Part shown: positions 53,961-63,769 of the stretch, one piece after another
Layout of the letters: every line of letters starts with the position of its first letter
Position numbering within the stretch: position 1 is the stretch's first letter
Assembly: GCA_963717855.1 (NCBI GenBank)
Contig: CAVQXF010000009.1
Span: forward strand, 371,426 to 435,425
DNA length: 64,000 bases
From: an uncultured Actinomycetota bacterium
GTDB taxonomy: Bacteria > Actinomycetota > Actinomycetes > Propionibacteriales > Nocardioidaceae
Reading direction: 5' to 3'
The notes under the pieces: generated by a model
What the model saw: only the letters and a program-made list of their open reading frames with translations
What the model was told of the DNA's origin: nothing
Database searches by the model: none
Program-made: the position numbers and the translations under genes

Positions 53961-55003
53961 AGCTCGGTCACCTGGCTCCCCCGCGAGCGCGAGACGATGA
54001 CCGCCGCCAGGCTGTTGACGACCAGGGTCATGCAGAAGAGCAGGAACCCTGCGGTGAGGAGCGCCGAGAGCTGCGACGGCGTCGCCTCCTTGAAGGACGA
54101 CGCGATCAGCGAGGAGATGGTCGAGGTCCCCGACTCCAGCACGTACGGCTTGATCTCGAACGCCTGCGAGATGACCAGCACCACCGAGATCGTCTCGCCG
54201 AGCGCGCGGCCCAGGGCGAGCATGCTGCCGCCGATGATGCCGCTGCGGCCGAAGGGCAGCACGACCGTGCGTACGACGGCCCAGCGCGTCGCCCCCAGTG
54301 CGAGCGCGGCCTCCTTCTCGCCCACCGGCGCCTGGGAGAAGACCTCGCGCATCACCGAGGTCGCCATCGGGAAGATCATCATCGTCACGGCGATCGCAGC
54401 GATGAACGCGGACCCGGCGTACGACGGGTAGCCGGGCGCCTGGTTCCAGATCGGGTAGTCGACGTCGGTGCGCACGTGGAACAACGGGAACCAGCCGAAG
54501 TACTTGCTCAGCCAGTGCGCGACCTCGGTGGCGTGCGGCTGCATCACGAAGAGCACCCACAGCCCGAAGACGATGCCGGGGACGGCCGCCATCAGGTCGA
54601 CGACCCGGATCAGCGTGCCGCGCAGGCCCGGCGGCGCCCAGTCGGTGATGAAGAGAGCGGTGAGGATCGACAGCGGTACGGCGATGACCAGGGCGATGGC
54701 CGCCACCTGGATGGTGCCGACGACGACGGCCGAGATGCCGATGACGTCCTGGCTCGGCAGCCAGCGGAACTCGGTGAAGAACGACAGTCCGTAGTGGTCG
54801 AGCGTCGGCACCGACTGGATGCCCAGGAAGACGCCGATGCACAAGACGATGATGAGGACGAGCATCCCGACGCCGCGCACGCTGTGGACGAAGAACCTGT
54901 CCTGGAACGAGTGCCGTGCGACCACGCGTCGCGGGACGTCCTCGACCTCCCCCGGCGGTCCTGCCGGTCCCGGCGCGGGTGGCGCCAGCACATCACCTGA
55001 CAT
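53957..55003 (-). CDS. pstC: phosphate ABC transporter permease PstC
   Basis: AAVPGIVFGLW, KEAALALGATRW, LGRALGETISV. Confidence 0.92.
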   Translation of the reverse strand: MSGDVLAPPAPGPAGPPGEVEDVPRRVVARHSFQDRFFVHSVRGVGMLVLIIVLCIGVFLGIQSVPTLDHYGLSFFTEFRWLPSQDVIGISAVVVGTIQVAAIALVIAVPLSILTALFITDWAPPGLRGTLIRVVDLMAAVPGIVFGLWVLFVMQPHATEVAHWLSKYFGWFPLFHVRTDVDYPIWNQAPGYPSYAGSAFIAAIAVTMMIFPMATSVMREVFSQAPVGEKEAALALGATRWAVVRTVVLPFGRSGIIGGSMLALGRALGETISVVLVISQAFEIKPYVLESGTSTISSLIASSFKEATPSQLSALLTAGFLLFCMTLVVNSLAAVIVSRSRGSQVTEL

Positions 55004-55167
55004 GCGTATTCCTTCTCAAGACGAAGCAACACCTGCGCCGTCCGTAGGGACGATGCAGTTTCAGGCGACGGTTGCACCCATAGCCATCAATCCCGAGAAG
55101 ATTACGTGACTATAGACGAATAGGTGCCACATTCCGGGAACCGGACGGAGGTCCCGCACGCAGTGGT

Positions 55168-55776
55168 CTAGACGTGTACGCCGTGGTCGGCCAGCAGCTC
55201 GACGAGCCTCGGCAGGCCGGACTCGAGGTCCCACTGCTCGGCTCGCAGTCCGGCGGCCCGGGCCCCCGCCACGTTGCCGGCGAGGTCATCGACGAAGAGC
55301 ACCGACGCGGGGTCGCCGCCGATGCGAGCGGCAGCTCGTCGGAAGTAGGCCACCTCCGGCTTCGCCGCGCCCAGGTCGCAGGAGTAGCAGCTGACGTCGA
55401 AGAGGTCGTCGTAGCCCAGCGTCTCGCGCATGTACGCCGCGCGCTGGCGGTGCTGGTTGGTGCCCAGGTGCACGCCGTACCCGGCGGCCCGCGCCCGGCG
55501 GACCAGGTCGACCATCGCGGGAACCGTCCGGATCGAGAGCCACAGCTCGGCGTAGAGCTCATCGGGATCGACCTCGATCCCGTGCCGGTCGAGGATCCCG
55601 CGCAGGGCCAGCTCCATGTCGCCGTCACCACGGAGCGCCGGCTGCTCCGCGGCCCAGAGCTGGTCCACCAGCTCGGCGGACCTCGCACCGAGGTAGGGCC
55701 CGGCTCGGCCCACCTGTCCGCCGCCCGGGATCGTCTGCAGGACGCCGTCGGCGTCGAGCAGCAGGTGTCGGATCAC
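55168..55776 (-). CDS. HAD-superfamily phosphatase
   Basis: LLDADGVL, GTNQ, AAKPE, LFVDD, GARAAGL. Confidence 0.9.
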   Translation of the reverse strand: MIRHLLLDADGVLQTIPGGGQVGRAGPYLGARSAELVDQLWAAEQPALRGDGDMELALRGILDRHGIEVDPDELYAELWLSIRTVPAMVDLVRRARAAGYGVHLGTNQHRQRAAYMRETLGYDDLFDVSCYSCDLGAAKPEVAYFRRAAARIGGDPASVLFVDDLAGNVAGARAAGLRAEQWDLESGLPRLVELLADHGVHV

Positions 55777-55786
55777 GGTGCCGGGG

Positions 55787-56575
55787 TCAGCCGGCCGAGG
55801 TGACGCCGTGCCGGCGCACGAAGTCCACGATCCGCTCGGCCAGCTCGGGGCGGCACACGATCAGGTCGGGGAGGTAGACGTCGTCCTGGTTGTACTCGAG
55901 CGGCGTGCCGTCGATGCGCGAGGTGAACAGGCCGGCCGCCCGGGCCACCGCGACCGGGGCGGCCGAGTCCCACTCGTACTGGCCGCCGGCGTGGACGTAG
56001 GCGTCGGTCAGGTCGCGCACCACGGAGATGACCTTGACCCCGGCGGAGCCCATCGGCACCAGCTCGGCGTCGATCTCCTCGGCCAGCGCGTGCACGAACT
56101 CCGGCGGTCGACTGCGCGAGACCGCGATCCGCGGCCGCTCCGACGTGCTCGGAGGTACGACGGCCGGCCGGCCGGTGTCGAAGGTCTCGCCCAGGGCGGG
56201 CAGCGCGACGGCACCGGCGACCAGGTCGCCCTGCTGCCACAGTGCGACGTGGACGGCCCAGTCGTCGCGCGGCACCTCGGAGAACTCGCGCGTGCCGTCG
56301 AGCGGGTCGACGATCCAGACGCGTGCGTTGTCGAGCCGGGCCTTGTCGTCCTTGCCCTCCTCGGACAGCACGGCGTCGCCCGGCCGGTGCTCGGCCAGCA
56401 GGTCCATCAGCAGCAGGTGGGCCGCCCGGTCGCCGGCGTCCTTCAGCTCGCGGCCCTCGAGCCCCTCGCCCCGCACCTGGAGGAGTCGCTCGCCCGCGAC
56501 GGTGGCCAGCCAGGAGGCGAGCACGTGGTCGTCGGTCGAGGCAGCGGCGGGCGGGGTTCCGGGTTCGAAGCTCAC
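55787..56575 (-). CDS. cysQ: 3'(2'),5'-bisphosphate nucleotidase CysQ
   Basis: VLSEEG, VWIVDPLDGTREF, VSRSR, MGSAGVK, YEWDSAAP. Confidence 0.92.
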   Translation of the reverse strand: MSFEPGTPPAAASTDDHVLASWLATVAGERLLQVRGEGLEGRELKDAGDRAAHLLLMDLLAEHRPGDAVLSEEGKDDKARLDNARVWIVDPLDGTREFSEVPRDDWAVHVALWQQGDLVAGAVALPALGETFDTGRPAVVPPSTSERPRIAVSRSRPPEFVHALAEEIDAELVPMGSAGVKVISVVRDLTDAYVHAGGQYEWDSAAPVAVARAAGLFTSRIDGTPLEYNQDDVYLPDLIVCRPELAERIVDFVRRHGVTSAG

Positions 56576-56615
56576 GCGAGCCACCCTAACGAGCGACCGT
56601 CCGTAGTGTCGGAGC

Positions 56616-59021
56616 GTGTCCCTCACCCTCACCGAGGCGCGCGTCCGCGCGGCCCAGCTCTCCGACGTGTCGTACGACCTCGCACTCGAGCTGGTCGACC
56701 GGGGCTCCCCCACCTTCGGCTCGCGGACGACGGTCCGGTTCCGGTCGGCGGGTGAGGCGACGTTCCTCGAGCTCGCAGCAGCCCGGGAGCTGACGGTCCG
56801 GGTCAACGGCGCGACCGCGGACCCGGCGTACGACGGCGCCCGGATCAGCCTCACCGGCCTCCGCACCGACGACGTCAACGAGGTCGTCGTCGACGCCCGG
56901 CTCCCCTACGTCACCGACGGCGACGGCATGCACCGGACCGTCGACCCCGCCGACGGCGAGACCTACGTGGCCGCCTACCTGGGCATGGACGTGGCACAGA
57001 AGGTCTTCGCCTGCTTCGACCAGTACGACCTCAAGGCGCCGATCGTCGCCTCCGTGGCCGCCGACCCGGCCTGGACGGTACTGGCCAACGGCCGGACCGT
57101 CGAGGAGCGCGACGGCCACTGGCGGTTCGCCGCCACCCCGCCGATCCCTCCCTCGCTGGTCGTGGTCGCTGCGGGCCCCTGGGCCTCACGGCGCTGGGAG
57201 CACGCCGGCCTGCCGTTCGGCTGGCACGCCCGGGCATCCCTGGCCGGGGAGCTCGAGCGGGACTTCGAGGAGCTGCGGCGCATCACCGAGGCCTGCTACG
57301 ACCACTTCGCGGTGCTGTTCGACGAGCCCTACGCCTTCGACTCCTACGACCAGGTCTTCGTGCCGGGCCTCAACTGGGGCGCGCAGGAGATGCCGGGCTG
57401 CGTCACCTACCGCGACGAGATGCTCCCCCGCGGCGCCGTCCCTGGAGACGTCCGAGACCTCCGGGCCTCGGTGATCGCGCACGAGATGTCGCACATGTGG
57501 TTCGGCGACCTGATGACGATGACGTGGTGGGAGGACACCTGGCTGCAGGAGTCGTTCGCCGACTACATGGGCTACCGCGTCGCCGGTGACGCCGCGGGCT
57601 TCCCCGGGGCGCTCATCGGGCACGAGGTCGGCCGCAAGCCGTCGGCGTACGACGCGGACGAGCGGCGCTCCACGCACCCCATCGCGCCGGCTCCCGAGGA
57701 CATCCCCGACGTCGACACCGCGGCGACGATCTTCGACGCCATCTCCTACAGCAAGGGCAACTCGGTGCTCCGCCAGCTGGCGACCTGGCTCGGCGACGAG
57801 GTGTTCCTGCGCGGGGTCAACCTGCACCTCAACCGGCACCGCTTCGGCAACGCCACCCTCGCCGACTTCGTGGACGCCCTCGACGAGGCCTCTGACCGCG
57901 ACGTCCGCACCTGGATCGACCTCTGGCTCCGCAGCACCGGCTTCGACACCCTGCGGGTCGAGCGCGACGGGGAGGTCCCGGTGCTGCACCGGGACGGCAC
58001 CCGCCCGCACCGGGTCCGGGTCACGGCGTACGACGACGCCTGGACCGCCGTCGGCTCCGAGCTCGTCGACGTCGCCGACGAGCCGGTCCGTCTGACGGCG
58101 TACGCCGGCCGCGTCGTCGTGCCCAACTCGCACGGCGAGACCTTCGCCCGGATCGTGCTCGACGACAGCTCATGGGCCGCTGTCGGGGTCGGGCTGTGCC
58201 GCATCGAGGACGACCTCGTGCGAGCGGTGCTCTGGACGATGCTCCTCGACCGGGTCCAGACGCGGGCCCTGGACGCCGCAGACCTCGTCGATCTCGTCGA
58301 GCGGCACCTGCCCGGCGAGCGCAGCGCGGTGATGGTGACCGCAGTCCTGAACCGCACACTGACCCAGGTGCTGCCGTCCAGGGCTCCGGCCGCCACGGCA
58401 CCCGACCTGCTCGATCACCTCGCGGCGGCCTGTGTCGCCGGGCTGATGCATGCGACGTCGCCCGAGCTGGCGCTGGCCTTCGCCGGCGGGGTCGCCGCCG
58501 GCTCGCACGACATCGAGATGCTCCGGGGTTGGCTGGCGGTCGGCGCCGTGGGCGACCTCGCGCTGCCGCCGACCCTGCGCTGGCGGGTGATCCAGCGACT
58601 CACCGAGCTCGGGTCGCTGGACGCGGCGGCCATCGAACGGGAGCGGACCCGCGAGCCCGGCACCGAGGCCGAGGCGGGAGCGGCCACCGCTCTGGCGGCC
58701 CGCCCGACCAGGGAGGCCAAGGAGGCGGCCTGGTCGGTGGCGGCCGATCCGGCCGTCGACAACCGGGTCTTCGGCGCCGTGATGCGCGGCCTGTGGTCCT
58801 CGGAACACCCCGACCTGGTCGCGCCGTACGTCGAGCGCTACCTGCGCGAGTCCCCGATCTGGGCCGCACGCGGGCAGGCCTTCGCGCTCGTCGTAGGCCG
58901 CTCGCAGCCGCGGCTGGCCCTGACCGGGGACCAGGTGCGCCTTCTCGACGAGGCGCTCGCGGGCGACCTGCCGACCGTGCTGCGCCGGCAGTGGGAGGAC
59001 TGGCGAGACGACCTGGGGTGA
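56616..59021 (+). CDS. pepN: aminopeptidase N (M1 family)
   Basis: GAQEMPG (GAMEN-like), IAHEMSHMWFG..WLQES zinc motif, SYSKG. Confidence 0.92.
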   Translation: MSLTLTEARVRAAQLSDVSYDLALELVDRGSPTFGSRTTVRFRSAGEATFLELAAARELTVRVNGATADPAYDGARISLTGLRTDDVNEVVVDARLPYVTDGDGMHRTVDPADGETYVAAYLGMDVAQKVFACFDQYDLKAPIVASVAADPAWTVLANGRTVEERDGHWRFAATPPIPPSLVVVAAGPWASRRWEHAGLPFGWHARASLAGELERDFEELRRITEACYDHFAVLFDEPYAFDSYDQVFVPGLNWGAQEMPGCVTYRDEMLPRGAVPGDVRDLRASVIAHEMSHMWFGDLMTMTWWEDTWLQESFADYMGYRVAGDAAGFPGALIGHEVGRKPSAYDADERRSTHPIAPAPEDIPDVDTAATIFDAISYSKGNSVLRQLATWLGDEVFLRGVNLHLNRHRFGNATLADFVDALDEASDRDVRTWIDLWLRSTGFDTLRVERDGEVPVLHRDGTRPHRVRVTAYDDAWTAVGSELVDVADEPVRLTAYAGRVVVPNSHGETFARIVLDDSSWAAVGVGLCRIEDDLVRAVLWTMLLDRVQTRALDAADLVDLVERHLPGERSAVMVTAVLNRTLTQVLPSRAPAATAPDLLDHLAAACVAGLMHATSPELALAFAGGVAAGSHDIEMLRGWLAVGAVGDLALPPTLRWRVIQRLTELGSLDAAAIERERTREPGTEAEAGAATALAARPTREAKEAAWSVAADPAVDNRVFGAVMRGLWSSEHPDLVAPYVERYLRESPIWAARGQAFALVVGRSQPRLALTGDQVRLLDEALAGDLPTVLRRQWEDWRDDLG

Positions 59022-59028
59022 GTCGGCG

Positions 59029-59628
59029 TCAGGAGTTGAACTTCTGCTGCGTGCGCTCGAGGCCCTCGGCGACCAGCGTCTCGACAGCATCCGCGGCGGT
59101 GTCGACCTGGAACGGCAGGATCTTCTTCTCGGCCGTCGAGTAGTTCGACAGCACGAAGTCGGCCACGTCCTGCCGACCCGGCGGACGGCCGATCCCGACC
59201 CGTACGCGGTGGAAGTCGCCGGTCGCGAGCGAGGAGCGCATCGAGCGCAGCCCGTTGTGGCCGTTGTCGCCGCCGCCGAGCTTGACCCGCATCGTGTCGA
59301 ACGCGATGTCGAGCTCGTCGTGGATCGCGATGACCCGCTCGGGCGGCACCTTGTAGAACGCCGCGAGCTGCTTGACCGGTCCCCCGAGCTCGTTCATGTA
59401 GCAGCGCGCCTTCATCAGCACGACGCGCGGCGCGTCGGCGCCGGGAGCCCCGAACCGCCCCTCGACGACGTCGGCCCGGCCCGACTTGTGAGCGCGGAAA
59501 GCCGAGCCCATCCGCGAGGCCAGCTCGTCGACGACGAGGTAGCCGATGTTGTGGCGGTGACCGGCATAGGAAGGGCCGGGATTCCCGAGCCCGACCACCA
59601 ACCACACGGGGGTGGTGGAGTCGGTCAT
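59029..59628 (-). CDS. pth: peptidyl-tRNA hydrolase
   Basis: [45 protein letters not shown]. Confidence 0.96.
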   Translation of the reverse strand: MTDSTTPVWLVVGLGNPGPSYAGHRHNIGYLVVDELASRMGSAFRAHKSGRADVVEGRFGAPGADAPRVVLMKARCYMNELGGPVKQLAAFYKVPPERVIAIHDELDIAFDTMRVKLGGGDNGHNGLRSMRSSLATGDFHRVRVGIGRPPGRQDVADFVLSNYSTAEKKILPFQVDTAADAVETLVAEGLERTQQKFNS

Positions 59629-59666
59629 GGAATCCCGGCCCTTTCTGTTGAACAGGAGACGGAGGA

Positions 59667-60329
59667 TCACTCCGCGGCAGGGGCCTCGGTGCTCTCGGCG
59701 CCGACCTCGTCGACGTCCTTGTCCGACTCGTCGCGCTCGATGCCGGCCTCGGCCTCGGCCTCCTCGAGCTCGGCCTCCAGCGACGCCTGCGACTGCATCT
59801 CGGTGACGTTGACGATCAGCGTCTCCGGGTCCAGGAGCAGCGTGCTGCCCGACGGGAGCTTGAGGTCGGAGGCGTGGATCTGGGTGCCGGCGACGGCGCC
59901 CTCGATGTCGACCTCGACGTACTCGGGGATGTGGGTCGCCTCGGCCTCGAGCTGGATGGTCGCGGTCTCGGTGACGACCAGGGTCTCGCGGTCGGCCTCG
60001 CCGTTGAGGTGCACGGGCACCTCGACGGTGACCTTCTCGCCCTTGACGACCGCGACGAAGTCGATGTGCTCGAGGATCCGCTTGATCGGGTCGACCTGGA
60101 CCTGCTTGGTCAGTGCCAGCTGGACCTTGCCGTCGAGGTCGAGCTCGAGCAGCGCGTTGGCGCCACCGTGCTTGAGGGCCATCATCGTGGCGTGCCCCGG
60201 GAGGGTCACGTGGATCGGGTCGTTGCCGTGGCCGTAGATGACCGCGGGGACCTTGTCCTCGCGACGGATGCGGCGGGCGGCACCCTTGCCGAACTCGGTG
60301 CGGGTCTCGGCCTGGATCTTCTCGCTCAT
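59667..60329 (-). CDS. rplY: 50S ribosomal protein L25 / Ctc
   Basis: [27 protein letters not shown]; conserved prs-rplY-pth neighbourhood. Confidence 0.96.
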   Translation of the reverse strand: MSEKIQAETRTEFGKGAARRIRREDKVPAVIYGHGNDPIHVTLPGHATMMALKHGGANALLELDLDGKVQLALTKQVQVDPIKRILEHIDFVAVVKGEKVTVEVPVHLNGEADRETLVVTETATIQLEAEATHIPEYVEVDIEGAVAGTQIHASDLKLPSGSTLLLDPETLIVNVTEMQSQASLEAELEEAEAEAGIERDESDKDVDEVGAESTEAPAAE

Positions 60330-60429
60330 GGGCTGCTCTCCTCGTACGTGCTGGCTGTTGCTGAGTCGGGGGCCTCGGCTCGACGCTCACAGATCGTCGG
60401 CGGCGCATCCGGACGGATAGCCAGCCCTG

Positions 60430-60488
60430 TCGATCACGGAGCGACACCACCCCTGCTACTGGGTCGGTGCTCCCTCGCCGAGGCAACC
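60430..60488 (-). promoter_or_regulatory. putative structured 5' leader of rplY
   Basis: Minus strand CTCGGCGAGGGAGC-ACCGACCC...GGGGTGGTGTCGCTCCGTGATCGA forms an interrupted hairpin about 100 nt upstream of the start. Confidence 0.4.
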
Positions 60489-60548
60489 TGAGAAGACTAC
60501 CGGCGCCGCGGCCCACGGGCGAATCCACGCGCGGTGGGAGCGGCTCGC

Positions 60549-61270
60549 TCAGCCTCGTGCGTGGCGGCCCTCCCGCGGGAAGTCCCGGTCCTGCGACAGC
60601 ACGGCCGCCACCGCAGCGAGCTGTGAGTTCACGCCCAGCTTGCGCAGGATGGCGCGCACGTAGCTGCGCACCGTGGACTCGGAGAGTCCCAGCAGCTCCG
60701 CGACATCGCGGGTCGACTGACCGGCACGCAGCAGCTCGAGCGTCTGCCGCTCGCGAGGCGAGAGGCTGTCGATCCGTCCCTGCATCGTCTGGCGACGCGC
60801 CTCGACGGTGCGCCAGGTCTCGATCATCTGGTCCCGGTCGGCCTCAGAGACGGGCGACTCCCCCGCCGCCAGCGCGATCAGCAGCGCCTCCACCTCCGCC
60901 AGACCGGACTGCTTCGGCCACGTCACCGCGGCGCCGGCGGCGAGCAGCCCACCCACCATCTCGTCGCCACCGGTGCCGGCGAGCACGAGCCACGGCCCAT
61001 CCCACGAGCGGATCAGGGTCGTCGCCGCCGACATCCGGAGCGCGGAGTCGATCTCGAAGTCCAGGAGCGCGACGTCCGGCTGCAGGTCGACGAGCGCCTG
61101 CTGCAGGCCTCGTCGGGGTCGTCAGGCCAGGGCAGTCGGCGTACGTAGAAGTCACGGCTGGCCAGCGCTGCGACGACGGCCTCGGCGATCAGCTCGTGAT
61201 CGCTGGCGAGCGCCACCCGGATCGGGGTCCGGGCTTGCACCAGATGCCCACGACCCGCGGTGGCGGCCAT
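60549..61270 (-). CDS. LuxR/NarL-type regulator with atypical receiver (frameshifted)
   Basis: [19 protein letters not shown], and [29 protein letters not shown]. Confidence 0.8.
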
Positions 61271-61653
61271 GCTCGGAACGGACGACATCACAGACATTTC
61301 TGCCCATCGTGGGCCGGTCCGGGCCGGGTGAGGGTCAGATCGCGCCCGGGATCACCTACTTTCGGGATCTGGGCGTCCCCAACCGTCCGGTCCAGACCGG
61401 TCTAGGCCGCAGAATTCGTGCCGCCCCGCGCTGCGAGCCGTCGTGCAGCGTTCCCCAAAATCTGGTATCTACCGCCGATTGTCCGAGTGCGGTACTTTGC
61501 GAATCCAGTTCCATTGGCGTGCTATCGCTGATGGCGGCGTGCGAATCGATGACTTCGGGGGAGTCGGTCCGACCAACGCACAAGAGGGAGTCGGCTGCGC
61601 ACGGTCGGACCGGGGGGTCTTGCCGCAGTGGCCGGAGGGGGACCAAGCCACCA

Positions 61654-63096
61654 ATGTCCAGTCGATGGAACGCACCGCACGCGGTGCACGAGTTTCGAAC
61701 ATTCGCCGTCATGGTGATCCTGCTCGCCCTGCCCGTGCTGCGCTTCGCAGCCACGGACGGCGAGCCGGACCTGACCGTCATCGCGGGAGGCTGCGCCGCC
61801 GTGGCGTCGGTCGCCACGCTGTGCGCCGGAGTCAGCTTCTACATCCGCTGGCGACTCACGGCCGAGCACCGCGTCGCGTGGCTGGCCACCGCGCTCATCG
61901 CCATCTCGATACCGCACTTCTACTGGTTCGCGCTGATGGCCGGGGTGACGTCCTCGGACTCCGACCAGTTCTTCGCGTTCGCCACGACGATCGCGCTCAC
62001 CGCCCTGGCGCTCGCCGGCACGCTCTTCGTCGACCGCCTGCCGGCCAACCCGGCACCGCTCGCGGCCGGCGCCTTCCTGGGCGTCGTGATCCTCGCCGTA
62101 CGCGCCCTGGTCGTCGCCGCCCACCCGGCGTCCCATCTCCAGGACCTGGACACCGCATCGGTTCTCACCATCGCGGTCGCCAACCTGGCCGTCCTGGTCA
62201 TCATCGTCCGCCTCGCGCCGAGGCAGCCATGGATCCGGCTCCGACTGATGGTCGCGCTCGGGCTGATGGCCGTCGCGCAGGTAGCCACCCAGCTGGTGGT
62301 CGACCAGGTCTGGCTGCTCGTCATCGCCGTGGTCTCCGGGACCATCGGCGCGGCCATCCTCGTCTGCCTGGCCTTCGCGCTCGCCCGGCTGGCGATCGAG
62401 GGCGAGATCGACGCCGTCTTCCTGCTGCACCGTCAGCTCGAGGACGTCGAGGCCGGACTGCGGACCGACCGGTCCCGGTTGCACGAGATCCGGGCCACGC
62501 TGGCCGGCATCAGCGCGGCGTCCCGGCTGCTCCACGAGACGTCGCACATCGGACCGGTCCGGCGCAACCAGATCGAGACGATGATGGACTCCGAGCTCGG
62601 TCGCCTCGAGCGACTCCTCCAGCGCCGGACGGTTGCCGTCCCCGACGCCGTCGACGTCGACGGCGTGCTCGAGCCGCTGGTGCTGCGGCAGCAGGCCCGG
62701 GGCAACCCCGTCCGCTGGGAGCGCAGCCGGACCTTCGGGTTCGGTCGCCCTGACGACCTCGCCGAGGCCGTGAACATCCTCCTGGAGAACGCGTTCCGGC
62801 ACGGGGCCGGCGGCGAGACCTGGATCGACGTCCACGAGACACCCGACTGCGTGGAGATCGTGGTCAGCGACTCCGGGCCGGGGGTCGACGCCGCCGTCCG
62901 CGAGCACATCTTCGAGTGGGGCCGACGCGGATCGACGTCGTCGGGCGAGGGCATCGGCCTCAGTGCCGCACGCCGACTGGCCACCGACATGGGCGGCTAT
63001 CTCCAGCTCGTCGACTCATCTGCACCCGGCGCGACCTTCGTGCTCGGCCTGCCGACCTTCAGCGCGTGCGCTCGTGACCGGGCCCACAGCGCGTAG
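61654..63096 (+). CDS. membrane sensor histidine kinase
   Basis: RBS ggagggg; about 7-8 TMs; H-box RLHEIRATL, N-box LLENAFRHG, DSGPG, GEGIGL. Confidence 0.9.
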   Translation: MSSRWNAPHAVHEFRTFAVMVILLALPVLRFAATDGEPDLTVIAGGCAAVASVATLCAGVSFYIRWRLTAEHRVAWLATALIAISIPHFYWFALMAGVTSSDSDQFFAFATTIALTALALAGTLFVDRLPANPAPLAAGAFLGVVILAVRALVVAAHPASHLQDLDTASVLTIAVANLAVLVIIVRLAPRQPWIRLRLMVALGLMAVAQVATQLVVDQVWLLVIAVVSGTIGAAILVCLAFALARLAIEGEIDAVFLLHRQLEDVEAGLRTDRSRLHEIRATLAGISAASRLLHETSHIGPVRRNQIETMMDSELGRLERLLQRRTVAVPDAVDVDGVLEPLVLRQQARGNPVRWERSRTFGFGRPDDLAEAVNILLENAFRHGAGGETWIDVHETPDCVEIVVSDSGPGVDAAVREHIFEWGRRGSTSSGEGIGLSAARRLATDMGGYLQLVDSSAPGATFVLGLPTFSACARDRAHSA

Positions 63097-63766
63097 CAAG
63101 GTACGGGTTCTGCTCATCGAGGATCACGTGCTGTTCGCCGAGTCGCTTGAGCTGGCGCTCAACGTCGAGGGGTACAGCGTCAGCCGGTTCTCGGCTCCCG
63201 ATGAGGCCCGTACCCCCCAGACGATCCTCACTGCCGTCAGCCGTTTCCAGCCGCAGATCGTGCTCCTCGACCTCGACCTGGGCCGGTTCGGCGACGGGAC
63301 CGCGCTGATCAACCCGATGGCCAAGGCCGGCATCAACGTCGTCGTCGTGACGGCGTCGACCGACCAGGCCCGCTGGGGACAGTGCATGCGGTACGGCGCT
63401 CGCAAGGTCGTCGCCAAGTCACGACCGCTCAACGAGATCCTGTCGACCGTACGACGTCTCAGCCAGGGCCTGCCCGTCACCACCCGCGAGGATCGCGACC
63501 GCTTGATCGCGACCTGGCAGCGTGAAGGGCAGGAGCGCGCCGCGATCCTCGCGAAGCTCGAGCAGCTCACGCCCCGTGAGGAGGCCGTGCTCGGCCTGCT
63601 GATGCGCGGACAGAGCGTGCGCGACATCGCTCACGACAGCGTCGTGTCAGAAGCCACGGTGCGGACGCAGGTGAAGTCGATCCTCGCCAAGCTCGAGGTC
63701 TCCTCCCAGCTCGCGGCCGTGGGCCTCGCCGTCCACGCGTCCTGGCGACCGCGATCGGACCACTGA
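63074..63766 (+). CDS. NarL/LuxR-family response regulator
   Basis: LLIEDH, VLLDLDLG, VVVVTA, LTPREEAVL..VSEATVRTQVKSILAKL. Confidence 0.92.
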   Translation: MTGPTARSKVRVLLIEDHVLFAESLELALNVEGYSVSRFSAPDEARTPQTILTAVSRFQPQIVLLDLDLGRFGDGTALINPMAKAGINVVVVTASTDQARWGQCMRYGARKVVAKSRPLNEILSTVRRLSQGLPVTTREDRDRLIATWQREGQERAAILAKLEQLTPREEAVLGLLMRGQSVRDIAHDSVVSEATVRTQVKSILAKLEVSSQLAAVGLAVHASWRPRSDH

Positions 63767-63769
63767 CGC

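Noticed and set aside
51088-54842. 877-aa and 672-aa ORFs suggesting PstA-PstS or PstC-PstA fusions
   Set aside because: The N-terminal extensions are off-frame readings of the upstream gene; the true starts are at the 52827 and 53960 overlaps.
55004-55167. PHO box upstream of the second pstC
   Set aside because: No 11-bp-phased GTTCA units found; only weak single matches.
2006-62907. Many long R/G/P-rich antisense or off-frame ORFs (e.g. 2006-4009, 28878-30284, 51625-52956, 61522-62907)
   Set aside because: Shadow ORFs expected in high-GC DNA opposite well-supported genes.
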